From Planctomycetota bacterium (GTDB lineage Bacteria; Planctomycetota; UBA11346), in NCBI GenBank assembly GCA_038213805.1, contig JBBQSO010000001.1, forward strand, positions 101,005 through 165,004: a DNA stretch of 64,000 nucleotides. Reading direction: 5' to 3'. Shown here one piece after another: positions 9,664-19,096 of the stretch. The translations under genes and the position numbers were made by a program. The stretch's first letter is position 1, and the number at the start of each line of letters is the position of its first letter. The notes beneath the pieces are model-generated. The model saw only the letters and a list, made by a program, of their open reading frames with translations. It was not told the origin of the DNA and did not search any database.

Positions 9664-10338
9664 ATGCGCCTGCGCATCCTGGCATCAGCCCACCTCATCC
9701 TCGGTAGCGCTCTCGCCTGCCACGCCGCCGATGATTTCTACCGCCGCGCCAGCGTGCCGGACCTCTCCCACGAGTCATCATCGTGCGTCGACGATCTGCG
9801 AATCGGGTATTGGTTCATGCCGCTGGCCACCAACATCGACACCAGGCTGAACGGGGCGACGAGCTACCAGAAGCACGGTCACCTGCAATCAGGCAGCCGG
9901 ACCTCGCTGCAGTGGGCGCTGCCGTTCACCGACCTGCGGAATGACGGGGATGGGCTGCTCGCCCTCGAACTCTCCAACATCCGATATCATCAGGATCAGA
10001 GCACCACCGATCCGCTGATCGATCTGAACGCCTATGCGTTGACCCTGCATGTTGATCTGGCCTGGCCGATCGCCGGCGGTGGCCACATGGAGCTCGGGCC
10101 ATTCCTGGGCTATGGCGTGTCTTCGGTAAGCGCACAGCACTGGAATGGCTTGTTCTGCGAGTTCGGCGGGCGCCTGGGCGCCTACTGGACCTTCGCCCGG
10201 CACCTGCAGGTCGGCCTCGATCTGCGCTACCTGGGCACGTATGCGCGCCAGGATTTCGCGGTCGGCGCCGCCAGTGAAGAGGTCGTGATCAAAACCAAGG
10301 GCGGATCCGCCGGCGTGCAGTTCGGCTACCGGTTCTGA
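9664..10338 (+). CDS. Outer-membrane beta-barrel protein
   Basis: Signal peptide, alternating amphipathic strands (ELGPFLGYG, QVGLDLRY) and C-terminal GVQFGYRF. Confidence 0.7.
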   Translation: MRLRILASAHLILGSALACHAADDFYRRASVPDLSHESSSCVDDLRIGYWFMPLATNIDTRLNGATSYQKHGHLQSGSRTSLQWALPFTDLRNDGDGLLALELSNIRYHQDQSTTDPLIDLNAYALTLHVDLAWPIAGGGHMELGPFLGYGVSSVSAQHWNGLFCEFGGRLGAYWTFARHLQVGLDLRYLGTYARQDFAVGAASEEVVIKTKGGSAGVQFGYRF

Positions 10339-10382
10339 GCGCGGCGCAGCCGGGCGCTGCTCCACCCTCCGAAAGTTTTCCG

Positions 10383-10408
10383 GTAACACCTCGCCAAACC
10401 AGGAAGAC
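10383..10408 (+). promoter_or_regulatory. Predicted ECF promoter (GTAAC-N15-GAAGAC)
   Basis: Intergenic; the -10 element ends 8 nt before ATG 10417, exactly as for the sigma gene. Confidence 0.6.
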
Positions 10409-10416
10409 CCACAGGC

Positions 10417-12627
10417 ATGGAGCCAGCACTCGGTTCGGCACATGTCAGGAACAACGCGCAGACAGGCGATAGAGCATGCGTGCCGATGCCGGTGCGCTGT
10501 GGAGCAATGCCGTGTGCGGGCAAAACGCCCGGAACCCCTGGGATCACCCGCTGCGGCTTCACGCTTTTTGAAGTCGCCATCTCGCTCGGCCTCGCCGCCT
10601 TCGGGGTGGTCAGCGTCATGATGCTCTTCCCGCAGGGCATCAAGGCCCAGCAGATGGCCCGCTCCCGCTTCTTCGCCGCCACCAAGGCGCTGGAGATGGT
10701 CGACAGTTACAACTCCTTCAACAACGCCACCGCGAACATCGACAACGAGGCGCCCGATCCCTGGGACGTCCCGACCGGTCGCTGCAGCTCTGCCAACGAC
10801 CTCGAGCGCCGCCTCGCCTCGCCGCGTTTCGGCATCGCGCCCCTGCCAACGGAGATCGCCAAGCGCCTCGATTCCGATGGCGACGAGATCCGGCAGATCC
10901 TCGGCGACGGCGGTTTGCTGTATTATTCCCAACCGCAGGCGGCCGCCGGCTTCATGGAAACCGGGACGCCCGCGGCGCCACCGGTCGAGGCCCAGCGCCT
11001 GGTCTTCGCCGTGGTCGGCTATGCCCAGGACAACGCCATCCACGTGTTCCCCTGGAAGGCATGGCCGTACTACACGCCCTATCCGTCGCCGCCGATGCAC
11101 GGCTACCACCAGTACGAGGCCGATCCGGCGGTCCTGCAGTCGGTGCCGGCGGATGCCCTGCATTACTCCGCGGGCAGCTTCACGGTGGATCCTTTCCAGA
11201 ATTCCCGGGACTGGGACACCGATCGTATGCTTATCGAGGACGCCAACGACCCGGACATGCGCAAGGTCTTCACCTGCACCAACCAGGCGGCCTCCGCAGG
11301 CGCCCCCGCCGGTTCCGTCGAGTTCGGCTACAAGCAGCACTTCAGGGAGCGGAGCCTGGACTCGGCGCTGCGCTACTGCGCCGCCGCCCTGTGGTATTGC
11401 GAGCGCAAGTTTCCCGGCGCGGCGGCCTCATACTTCCTCACCAGCGCACCCTTGACGACCTTCCCGACCTCGGTCCCGCAGGACCGCAAGGGGGACCTGG
11501 TGAACTGCCTGCGTTTCCTTTCGCACGCCACCACCTGCCTGACCGCCTTCGCCAGCAAGGGCACGCTGGATGCGGGCGTGATGGTTCCGCAACTGACCGT
11601 GGATTCCCTGACCTCGCCGGCGGCCCTGGTGACGACGAGCGTCATCATCAACCAGCACGAGAGCTGCCTCGACCTGGCCATGCTGTTCGCCGCGAGCTAC
11701 CCCTACGACTGGGCCGCTCCGCGACCGGAAAACCGCATGATCATGATGGATCATCCACTGCTGGAATACGATCTCTTCCCCACCAGCTCCGCGCCCATGC
11801 TGAGCGGCAGGATCTGGCCCGGAAATCCGCTGATCCCGGCGAACCAGTGGCGTCCCATCGCCGCCCAGCCGATCGTGCACATCGGGCGCAGCTACCAGTT
11901 CCCCAGCGAAGACATCCCCAGCGCCAATCCGGTGTGGTCCTGGTGGGGCTCCACCACGCCTCCGACGCCACCCTATGCGGCCGGCCAGCCCAGCACGTTC
12001 TGGGGTGACCCCAGCCATTTCACCCTGACCAACACCTTCGAGCCCAGCGAGCGCTGCCGGCAGCTGGTCTTCTGGGCGGTCGATTGGATGCAATACGAGG
12101 ACTGCGAGACCGCCCCGAGCGCACCCATCGACGCGAGCCGCTACACCCGCTCAGCGCCGAAGGCGAGGGCCGCAGCGGGCGGCCCGGTGGACACGGTCGA
12201 TAAGCTGTTCGATGCGCCGGCGTTCATGGAGTGGGCCCAGCAGAGCACCAACCGCAATCCGGAGAAGACCATGATCTTCTCGGTCCCGACCGCCGGGAAG
12301 CCGGATGGGTACACCGGCGCGGATGTGGGACTGCCCAAGACCTTCTCCGATGGCTTCGCCTGGACCCTGCGCTTCGGAAACGACGGCGTCCCGACGCCGC
12401 CGACGTGGAATCCCTGGGCCTTCGGGCACAAGCGCGACCAGGGCATGACGCCCCTTGCGCCGAGCGACCCGGATCCGCGCAAGCTCTTCCTGGGGCGCTT
12501 CGGCGCCGATCGCAACTTCAATGGGCGGCTTGATCGTGGCACGCTCCCCGTCTCCGTCCGCCTCCGCGCCCAGACCGTGGCGCGCTTCAACTACTACGAT
12601 CTGCGCGTCCCCGCCATGATCCGCTGA
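10417..12627 (+). CDS. Large prepilin-type N-terminal cleavage/methylation domain protein
   Basis: Class III signal G|FTLFEVAISLGLAAFGVVSVMMLF followed by ~650 aa unknown domain. Start uncertain (10417, 10486 or 10507). Confidence 0.8.
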   Translation: MEPALGSAHVRNNAQTGDRACVPMPVRCGAMPCAGKTPGTPGITRCGFTLFEVAISLGLAAFGVVSVMMLFPQGIKAQQMARSRFFAATKALEMVDSYNSFNNATANIDNEAPDPWDVPTGRCSSANDLERRLASPRFGIAPLPTEIAKRLDSDGDEIRQILGDGGLLYYSQPQAAAGFMETGTPAAPPVEAQRLVFAVVGYAQDNAIHVFPWKAWPYYTPYPSPPMHGYHQYEADPAVLQSVPADALHYSAGSFTVDPFQNSRDWDTDRMLIEDANDPDMRKVFTCTNQAASAGAPAGSVEFGYKQHFRERSLDSALRYCAAALWYCERKFPGAAASYFLTSAPLTTFPTSVPQDRKGDLVNCLRFLSHATTCLTAFASKGTLDAGVMVPQLTVDSLTSPAALVTTSVIINQHESCLDLAMLFAASYPYDWAAPRPENRMIMMDHPLLEYDLFPTSSAPMLSGRIWPGNPLIPANQWRPIAAQPIVHIGRSYQFPSEDIPSANPVWSWWGSTTPPTPPYAAGQPSTFWGDPSHFTLTNTFEPSERCRQLVFWAVDWMQYEDCETAPSAPIDASRYTRSAPKARAAAGGPVDTVDKLFDAPAFMEWAQQSTNRNPEKTMIFSVPTAGKPDGYTGADVGLPKTFSDGFAWTLRFGNDGVPTPPTWNPWAFGHKRDQGMTPLAPSDPDPRKLFLGRFGADRNFNGRLDRGTLPVSVRLRAQTVARFNYYDLRVPAMIR

Positions 12628-12635
12628 GCCGACCC

Positions 12636-13898
12636 ATGCGCATCCTGCGAACCAGTGGCTTCACCCTCATCGAGATGCTGATCGCGATCGCGCTGGGCGT
12701 GGTCATCATCACCACCTGCGCCGCCGGCTTCCGCGTGGCCAGCCAATCGATCAGCGTCGCCAACCGCCTGGCGCTCGAAAACACTTTGATGCGCTCCGGG
12801 TACTTCGCCGCCGTCGAGGAGGCAGACTACTGGGAGTCGTTCGATGATCCGAACGCCACGCCCGCGCCTGCGACGTCGCTGCGGGGCAGCGCCTCGCTGA
12901 CCTACCATGGCGTCGCCACCGCGCGCGGCATGGCCTTCACGCCCCTCACCCAGATGGGCTTCACCTGCGCAGCGCCCACGAACAGCGAGGCCGACCGCGG
13001 TTGGGACAGCGCCTACCAGTGGCCAGCCAGCGATCCGCGCGGCTGGTACCATGGCCAGATCCCGGAATTCATGCACAATATCGACGGAAAATTCGGCTTC
13101 TACGAGGTGTTCACCCACCTCAGCAGTGCGCCGAACCTCTCCAGCACCGCCTTGGTCCAGAGCGCCAACCTGGTGGCATATGGGGTGGCGAGCCCACTGC
13201 ACACCTGGCTGCCCAACCAGCTTGAGGGGATGAAGAACGCGCTCGGATATTACGGCCTCTACGACTACTTCCCGGCCAACACCTTCTTCGGCTACTACGG
13301 CCACGGCGATTGGGGGGACCAGTCCCTGTCCCATGAATGGTCGAACCCGGACAGCCCCAATACCGCCTCGCCAAACGGCTCGCTGTTCAAACTGAGCGGC
13401 TTCTCGCAGGGGTACGACTACTCGACGGTCAACGGCCGGAACAACAACACCAACAGCGTCTCCTTCCCCATCGTCCCGGCCTCGGGCTTCACCGAGTTCA
13501 GGACCGACACGCTGGCGGTCCAGGACCTGGTCAGCCGCAACCACAGCTCGTGGGTGACCAACACCTACCAGGCCGCAGGCACCAGTGCCGGCGTCAGCGG
13601 CTTCCTCGGCAATGCGCTCGTGCGCACGCCGCTCATGACGTCCCGGCCCGCCTACTGGCCCGAGCTGCGCGTCCAGGTCGCGCGCTACGCGAATCAGTCC
13701 CGCTTCGCCACCCTGTGCCGGATCAGCTGGCGCAGTCCGCTGACCGGTGCCACGGCCGAGGCCGCCTTCACCGTGCTGAGCACGACCTTGCGCGGGGCCC
13801 GGCAGCAACGCCGCCAGGGCGGCGGTTGGGCGACCTGGACGAATTCCATCAGCGATCCCATCCTGCGGACCACCGATGCCACGCTCGACAGCCCCTGA
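12636..13898 (+). CDS. Prepilin-type (PilW/GspJ-like) protein
   Basis: G|FTLIEMLIAIALGVVII class III signal. Confidence 0.85.
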   Translation: MRILRTSGFTLIEMLIAIALGVVIITTCAAGFRVASQSISVANRLALENTLMRSGYFAAVEEADYWESFDDPNATPAPATSLRGSASLTYHGVATARGMAFTPLTQMGFTCAAPTNSEADRGWDSAYQWPASDPRGWYHGQIPEFMHNIDGKFGFYEVFTHLSSAPNLSSTALVQSANLVAYGVASPLHTWLPNQLEGMKNALGYYGLYDYFPANTFFGYYGHGDWGDQSLSHEWSNPDSPNTASPNGSLFKLSGFSQGYDYSTVNGRNNNTNSVSFPIVPASGFTEFRTDTLAVQDLVSRNHSSWVTNTYQAAGTSAGVSGFLGNALVRTPLMTSRPAYWPELRVQVARYANQSRFATLCRISWRSPLTGATAEAAFTVLSTTLRGARQQRRQGGGWATWTNSISDPILRTTDATLDSP

Positions 13899-13905
13899 GG
13901 TGCCC

Positions 13906-14889
13906 ATGCCGAGCGCCTCCCGATCTGCTCGCGGCCCGCGCTGCGGAACGGTGCTCATCCTGGTCGCGGGGATCTGCGCGCTGCTGGCATCGCTGTCGCT
14001 CGCGTTCATGATCACCATGCGTTCCGCCGCGGAGGAGAGCCGGGCGCTGGTCGCTGATGCGCAGGCGCGGATCATGCTCTATGCCGCCTGCAACTACATC
14101 CAGGAGGCGTCACGACTGGGATATGACAACGGCCTTGACCATGGCGAGGCGCACGGCTGGATCGATGTCCGTGACGGCAGTGAAGGCCCGAAGATCAACC
14201 TTGGCGATCCGCCGCGGTTTCCCCGCAATGTGCCGCAGCGCTTCCCCATGTACGTCTGGCAGCAGACCCGCTACGCGATCAGGCCGACCACCGCCTACAA
14301 TCCCATCAGCACGGACGAAGCCGATGACAGCCGTTTCGGACGTCCGTACCTCGCCAATCCGGATCCGCAGCCGGTCGCCACGGAATTCGCCAGTGCGGAC
14401 ACCTCGGGACGGGTCAAGGACCACCTCCATGGCGATGCGCTGATCGCGCCCGACCGGCAGCCGGTCGGCACGCCGCGGTGGAACAGCGTCAACCTCTCGT
14501 GGTTCCGCATCGTGCGCATCGACAAGGCCCGTTTCCTGGTGACCTGCGGCGCCGGTTCGACCCAGGGCTTCCGATCCTACGCGGAGGCAGGCATCCAACT
14601 TGGAGCGGATTCCGCGAACCAGTTGTTCGGAGACGCGGAGATGTTCGCGCAGTTCCAGGACCAGGAGGTCCGCGCCTGGTACCTGGTCGAATGGAGCCCG
14701 GCGGTGATCGGCGGCATGAACAACACCACCGATGGCGGCATTATCGGCGCCGAGCATTTCATCATGCTGCCGGAGAACGCCAGCCACCAGTACTACCCCG
14801 GTGGAGTGGCGAGCCAGTCCAATTCACGCAACATGGTCGGAACCATCCGCTGGATCCAGCGGCTGACGACGGAGCCCGCGGCCTGGTGA
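13906..14889 (+). CDS. PilX/GspK-like minor (pseudo)pilin
   Basis: G|TVLILVAGICALLASLSLAF lacking Glu5, followed by AQARIMLYAA. Third gene of the pilin cassette. Confidence 0.7.
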   Translation: MPSASRSARGPRCGTVLILVAGICALLASLSLAFMITMRSAAEESRALVADAQARIMLYAACNYIQEASRLGYDNGLDHGEAHGWIDVRDGSEGPKINLGDPPRFPRNVPQRFPMYVWQQTRYAIRPTTAYNPISTDEADDSRFGRPYLANPDPQPVATEFASADTSGRVKDHLHGDALIAPDRQPVGTPRWNSVNLSWFRIVRIDKARFLVTCGAGSTQGFRSYAEAGIQLGADSANQLFGDAEMFAQFQDQEVRAWYLVEWSPAVIGGMNNTTDGGIIGAEHFIMLPENASHQYYPGGVASQSNSRNMVGTIRWIQRLTTEPAAW

Positions 14890-14924
14890 TCGCCGCCAGG
14901 CACCAGTGCATCCGCACCACGATG

Positions 14925-17219
14925 TCACCGCGGTGGCAGGCCGATGGTGATGGCGCTGAAATCGACGGGATTGAAATGGGTCAGCAGTCCGACCTTGCCC
15001 TCCACTGGTTCGCCGAGGTCGGCAGCAGTGATGATGGCCGCCCCATTGATCGCGACGGTCACCTTTCGGCCGATCCGGGTCACCGTGACGGTGCTGGTCT
15101 TCCACTTGCCGGTGCCGACGCAGGCAGCCTGCGCCACCTGCGTCCGCATGCCCTTGGCGACGCGCGCCAACGCGACGCTGCCCAGGCCATCGATCGTCAG
15201 GGCATCGTAGTCCTGCGCATCGGTGAATCCGAAAACCAGACCGGCGACGTTGTCGAAGCGCGGCATCATGGACACCGTGAATGCGAGGTCCTTCAAAGTC
15301 AGGGCGTCGTAGACGCAGAGGTCGAGGCCCTCTGCCGACGTATGGTTGTATTTTCCTTCTGCGCACGACCAGGTGCCACCGAGGGGCGTCCAGTCCTTGG
15401 CGACGCCAGCGCTGAAGTCCGCCACATAGGACTTGGCTGCGGTGGTTCGGCTGATGGCGATACCCATCAGCACCGGTGCGCCGCGCAGGGCCTTGGCGAC
15501 GATGTCGAGCTGCTGGTTGCGCACCTCGACGGCGATCGGGCCGCACTTCGCCCACCCACCAAGCGGCAGGTCACCGAGCCCGGAGATCACCACCCCGCCG
15601 CACGTGAGATCGAACACGCGCGCATGGGCGCGCTGGTTCTCGGCGGTCCAGAAGGTGACCTCGTAACCCCCATCAGGGAGCTTGAAGCTCAGCGCCAAGA
15701 GGTCGCTGCGCGCTGTGGAGATGCCGGAAGAGAGCATCGCCCGGGTGTCCGCGTCGGGCGGAGGCGGGATCAGGGCCAGCGACACCGAGACCCTGCGTGC
15801 ATTCGTGAGGGTCATGCCATCCGCTTCGGCCAGCTTCTGGGATTGCCAGCGCCCACCCTCGATGATCACCGCCTCGCCGCCGAGATCGATGCCCTTGAGG
15901 AAGGCCGGGGCAGTGGCGGCGACGGGCGGTGCAGCCGGCGCAGGCAACTGCTCGCCCAGTGTGACCGGCACAGTGACGTCCGGGGGCGTGAGTGTGGCTG
16001 CGATCACGGGCGCAGCGGGCGCAGCCCCATCGGCCGGAGGTACAGGTGGCGTCGCGACCGCTTCCGGAACGGCGAGGGCCGCGCTTCGCGATGCGTGCAG
16101 AGCGGTTTCCGACGCCTCGCGGGGCGCGGGAAGCGCCGGCGGCTGCGCCACGATGGGCGCCGCAGGCGACGGTTGCGCGGGCAAAGGTCGATCTGCACGC
16201 GGCGCGCCCGGAGCCGCATGCGCACTCGTGGGCTGGGTCGAGTCGTGACGGCCTGGATTGCCCGGCGGTTTGAGCATCACCGCCACGATCACCGCGATCA
16301 CGGCACCAACCGCCACGGTTGCACCCAGCACCGGCGATGGCAGGCGGCGGCGGAGACGTTGGGATGGAATCCTCGCGCTGCGGCGGCTGTCCACGGCAGC
16401 GGAGCGATGACTGTCCGCGGACGTGGCGCGGAGTGCCGGCGCTGCGGCGGCTGCCAGGATCTCGTCAGCGAAGGCCGTCATCGTCGCCATCGACGGTTCC
16501 CCGAGGGCCTCGCCGAGCAGCAGGTCGATCCGCACCTGGCGCTCGAATCTGGCCGCAAAGGGCAGGTCGTCGCGTACGCGCTGGGCGAGCAGGCTCCGCG
16601 AATCCGGGTCGATCACGCCCGCGAGGAAGTCCTCGATGAGGGCGGTCATCACACTCTCCTGACGCTGCACGCTCGCCCCTGGCGACGGCGGTTGGGGCTG
16701 GTCGATGGCGGCGCGGGCCACCACCAGGCCCGCATCGACCTGCGCCCGGTCCCAACCGCGCTGCGTCGCCAGCGCCGCATTGCCCAGGCCGCCCTGGTAC
16801 CTGCCGAGGATCAGGTCGCGTTGTTCCGGATCGAGTCGGGCGATCCCCACCTGGATCCGGCCGGCGCCGCCCGGCGCATCCACACCGCTCTGCAACGCTT
16901 CCCGGCCGGTCTGCGCCAGCAGGTAACCGAGCGGGTCCTGGATGGCGATCGCGGTGGCCGCGCCCGCGTCGAGATGCCGCGCCAGGGCGGTCGCGGCCAG
17001 GACCTGCAATCCGGCACGTTGGCCGATCGCAGTTTCCGCCTGGGGTCGACTGATCCACTGCGCCCACAGGTCCCGTTCGAGCGCGTCGATCTGCGCCCGC
17101 GTCGCGGCGAAACCGGCCAGGAATGTCCGCAAGGATTGGCGATGATCCGCCAGCACCTGGACGACGTGGTCACGGTCGAGCGCGAGGGCGGCAGAAGGCT
17201 GACGGCGAACCGGCGACAT
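14925..17219 (-). CDS. Fusion protein: degenerate ECF sigma, anti-sigma helix, TM, Pro/Ala linker, malectin-like and DUF1080/ConA-like domains
   Basis: Region-4-like LDPEQRDLILGRYQGGLGNAALATQRG; LIEDFLAGVID anti-sigma-like helix; TM VLGATVAVGAVIAVIVAVML; LPDGGYEVTFWTAEN..RVFD; KVTVAING..GKVGL..VDFSAITI. Confidence 0.65.
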   Translation of the reverse strand: MSPVRRQPSAALALDRDHVVQVLADHRQSLRTFLAGFAATRAQIDALERDLWAQWISRPQAETAIGQRAGLQVLAATALARHLDAGAATAIAIQDPLGYLLAQTGREALQSGVDAPGGAGRIQVGIARLDPEQRDLILGRYQGGLGNAALATQRGWDRAQVDAGLVVARAAIDQPQPPSPGASVQRQESVMTALIEDFLAGVIDPDSRSLLAQRVRDDLPFAARFERQVRIDLLLGEALGEPSMATMTAFADEILAAAAAPALRATSADSHRSAAVDSRRSARIPSQRLRRRLPSPVLGATVAVGAVIAVIVAVMLKPPGNPGRHDSTQPTSAHAAPGAPRADRPLPAQPSPAAPIVAQPPALPAPREASETALHASRSAALAVPEAVATPPVPPADGAAPAAPVIAATLTPPDVTVPVTLGEQLPAPAAPPVAATAPAFLKGIDLGGEAVIIEGGRWQSQKLAEADGMTLTNARRVSVSLALIPPPPDADTRAMLSSGISTARSDLLALSFKLPDGGYEVTFWTAENQRAHARVFDLTCGGVVISGLGDLPLGGWAKCGPIAVEVRNQQLDIVAKALRGAPVLMGIAISRTTAAKSYVADFSAGVAKDWTPLGGTWSCAEGKYNHTSAEGLDLCVYDALTLKDLAFTVSMMPRFDNVAGLVFGFTDAQDYDALTIDGLGSVALARVAKGMRTQVAQAACVGTGKWKTSTVTVTRIGRKVTVAINGAAIITAADLGEPVEGKVGLLTHFNPVDFSAITIGLPPR

Positions 17220-17449
17220 AGGACACCCTGGGGACAGCACCTGCACGACTCCGGCCCGGCGCGCAGCAATCCGGCGGCCGGACAGCTTGCGTTCACGACC
17301 GGAGACTGGGTCAGCATACGCCTGGAACCACTGTGCCACAAGCCGGGCCCGCTACCTGCAGAACTCCCGGACGATGGCCACAAGGATGTACAAATGGTTG
17401 CCACCGCAATTCTTGCGGACTTTGTCCCAGAGCCTCGAAAGTTCCGCGA

Positions 17450-19096
17450 TCACGGAAAGAGCGCCGCGACCCGCGCTGCCTCCTCACCCCCTGCGAAGAG
17501 ATGCGCCCGAGCGCGCTCGCGATCCCCGGCCTCGAGGAGGTGGAAGGCGATGACGCAGTGATCGGCGGGCGTCGCCGCATCCAGCCTGGCGGCCAGGGAG
17601 CGGCGCTCGTCGCGGCTGATACGGACCCAGGACCAGGTGACATCGCCCAGCTGGCTGTGCAGGGCCAGCGAGCCATCGGCATCGGCGCGGGTGATGGCGG
17701 CATCGCTGGCGAAGACTCCGCTCCGATACAGGGCCGGCCGACCGGCGGCGGTCCGCTCCCGGATGATCGCAAAAAGCCGCGCGTCCCAGGTGTCCAGGTC
17801 CGCGGCCGCGACGACGCGGCGTTCCGGGTGGTCGGCGCCGGCCGGTGGACTGTCGATGGCGACCACCGCAGCCGCTGCCGTGACCGCGGCATGCCCGTGC
17901 CAGCCCGCGTACTTCATCGGCGCCGGCACCACGTAGAGCTGGGCGTGCGCCAGGACGTCGAGGATCTCCCGGTCGGATCCGCCGAGTTCGGTCCCGCTCG
18001 CCGCCGACCAGACATCGAGCTCGCGCACGCCCGTATCGTGCAGGTACCAGCCGTAGCGCTGGATGGCTTCGAGGATGCGCAGCGCGGGCAGGGACAGGTG
18101 GACCGCGCTCAGATCGAACGCGGGGTCGAGCTGGATGACGCCGCCATACGGCACCGCTCCCGTGCCGCCATCGGACGCGCCGACCCACTCATCCCAGTTG
18201 ATGGCGGGGAAGGCGATGGCCTTCCAATAGCGTTTCGCCGGCCCGTACAGCGCATGCCGGATCGGCTTGGCCGCCGTCGCCTCGCCGGGACGCAGCAGGC
18301 CGACGAGATCCGACAGCTCCGCCGCGTTGGTGCCCTCACCGATGCCCAGCGAACCCAGGGGATGGGGCCCATGCACGCGCCAGCCGGTAAGGACGTCGCC
18401 GGCGACGCCGACATGCCAGGTGCAGGTGCTGGTGAGGGTGGCCGCATCGATCAGGACCAAGTGGCGGTCACCGGGGTTGGCCGGGAAGAACATCGCCACA
18501 TCGGGGCGCGCATGCAGCTGGATGCGACGATCCCCGGGCCGTGGGTCATCGCGATCCCAGGTCTGGACGACGGTGCGCAGGGGATCCTTGGCGCCAGAGA
18601 TCGCGACGCCGATCCCCCAGCCATCGCCGCCGGCGCCGACGGTGGCGACGTGGAAGGTGGACACGTAGCCGCGAGGCAGGGCCACACGCGGGCTGTCGGC
18701 GGGAATCGCATGGTAGAGGGGACAGTCAATGGAGAAGGGCAGCGGAAAATCACCTGCCAGGGGCAGCGGTGTGCGTGGTGACCAGTGCTTGGGCAGGAAG
18801 CGGCGCTGCGCGTAGCGATCGATGGAGATGTCGATGCCCAGCGACCGGTACATCGCCACCACCTGCTTGCGGCAGGCGACGATCGCGGGTTCGGCGCGAT
18901 TCGCCGGGGTGATGGTGCGCGCGTAGATCTCCTCGACGGTGGTGGCGACCGACGATGGCTGGATGGGATAGGGATCGAGCTCGGCGCTGAAAGGCGTCGC
19001 GGCAGACCGTTCCGCCGCGCAGGCCGTCACCAGGCCCGCGATCATCAGTGCACTGGCGAGGTGCAGCCGCGCGCAACCGCGCCGCCCGGACTTCAT
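17450..19096 (-). CDS. Secreted/lipoprotein of unknown function
   Basis: Signal with LVTAC. Conserved-looking core (IRHAL, FPA..DG, PYGGVIQL, LEAIQRYGWYLHDTG). ATGA overlap with the upstream gene. Confidence 0.65.
   Translation of the reverse strand: MKSGRRGCARLHLASALMIAGLVTACAAERSAATPFSAELDPYPIQPSSVATTVEEIYARTITPANRAEPAIVACRKQVVAMYRSLGIDISIDRYAQRRFLPKHWSPRTPLPLAGDFPLPFSIDCPLYHAIPADSPRVALPRGYVSTFHVATVGAGGDGWGIGVAISGAKDPLRTVVQTWDRDDPRPGDRRIQLHARPDVAMFFPANPGDRHLVLIDAATLTSTCTWHVGVAGDVLTGWRVHGPHPLGSLGIGEGTNAAELSDLVGLLRPGEATAAKPIRHALYGPAKRYWKAIAFPAINWDEWVGASDGGTGAVPYGGVIQLDPAFDLSAVHLSLPALRILEAIQRYGWYLHDTGVRELDVWSAASGTELGGSDREILDVLAHAQLYVVPAPMKYAGWHGHAAVTAAAAVVAIDSPPAGADHPERRVVAAADLDTWDARLFAIIRERTAAGRPALYRSGVFASDAAITRADADGSLALHSQLGDVTWSWVRISRDERRSLAARLDAATPADHCVIAFHLLEAGDRERARAHLFAGGEEAARVAALFP

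Noticed and set aside
17404..17418. CCGCAA-TTC-TTGCGG inverted repeat
   Set aside because: Short single copy; cannot tell terminator, operator or chance apart.
14478..17561. 1027-aa plus-strand ORF
   Set aside because: Antisense shadow of the sigma-fusion gene; Arg/Gly-rich with no motifs, as is typical in high-GC DNA.
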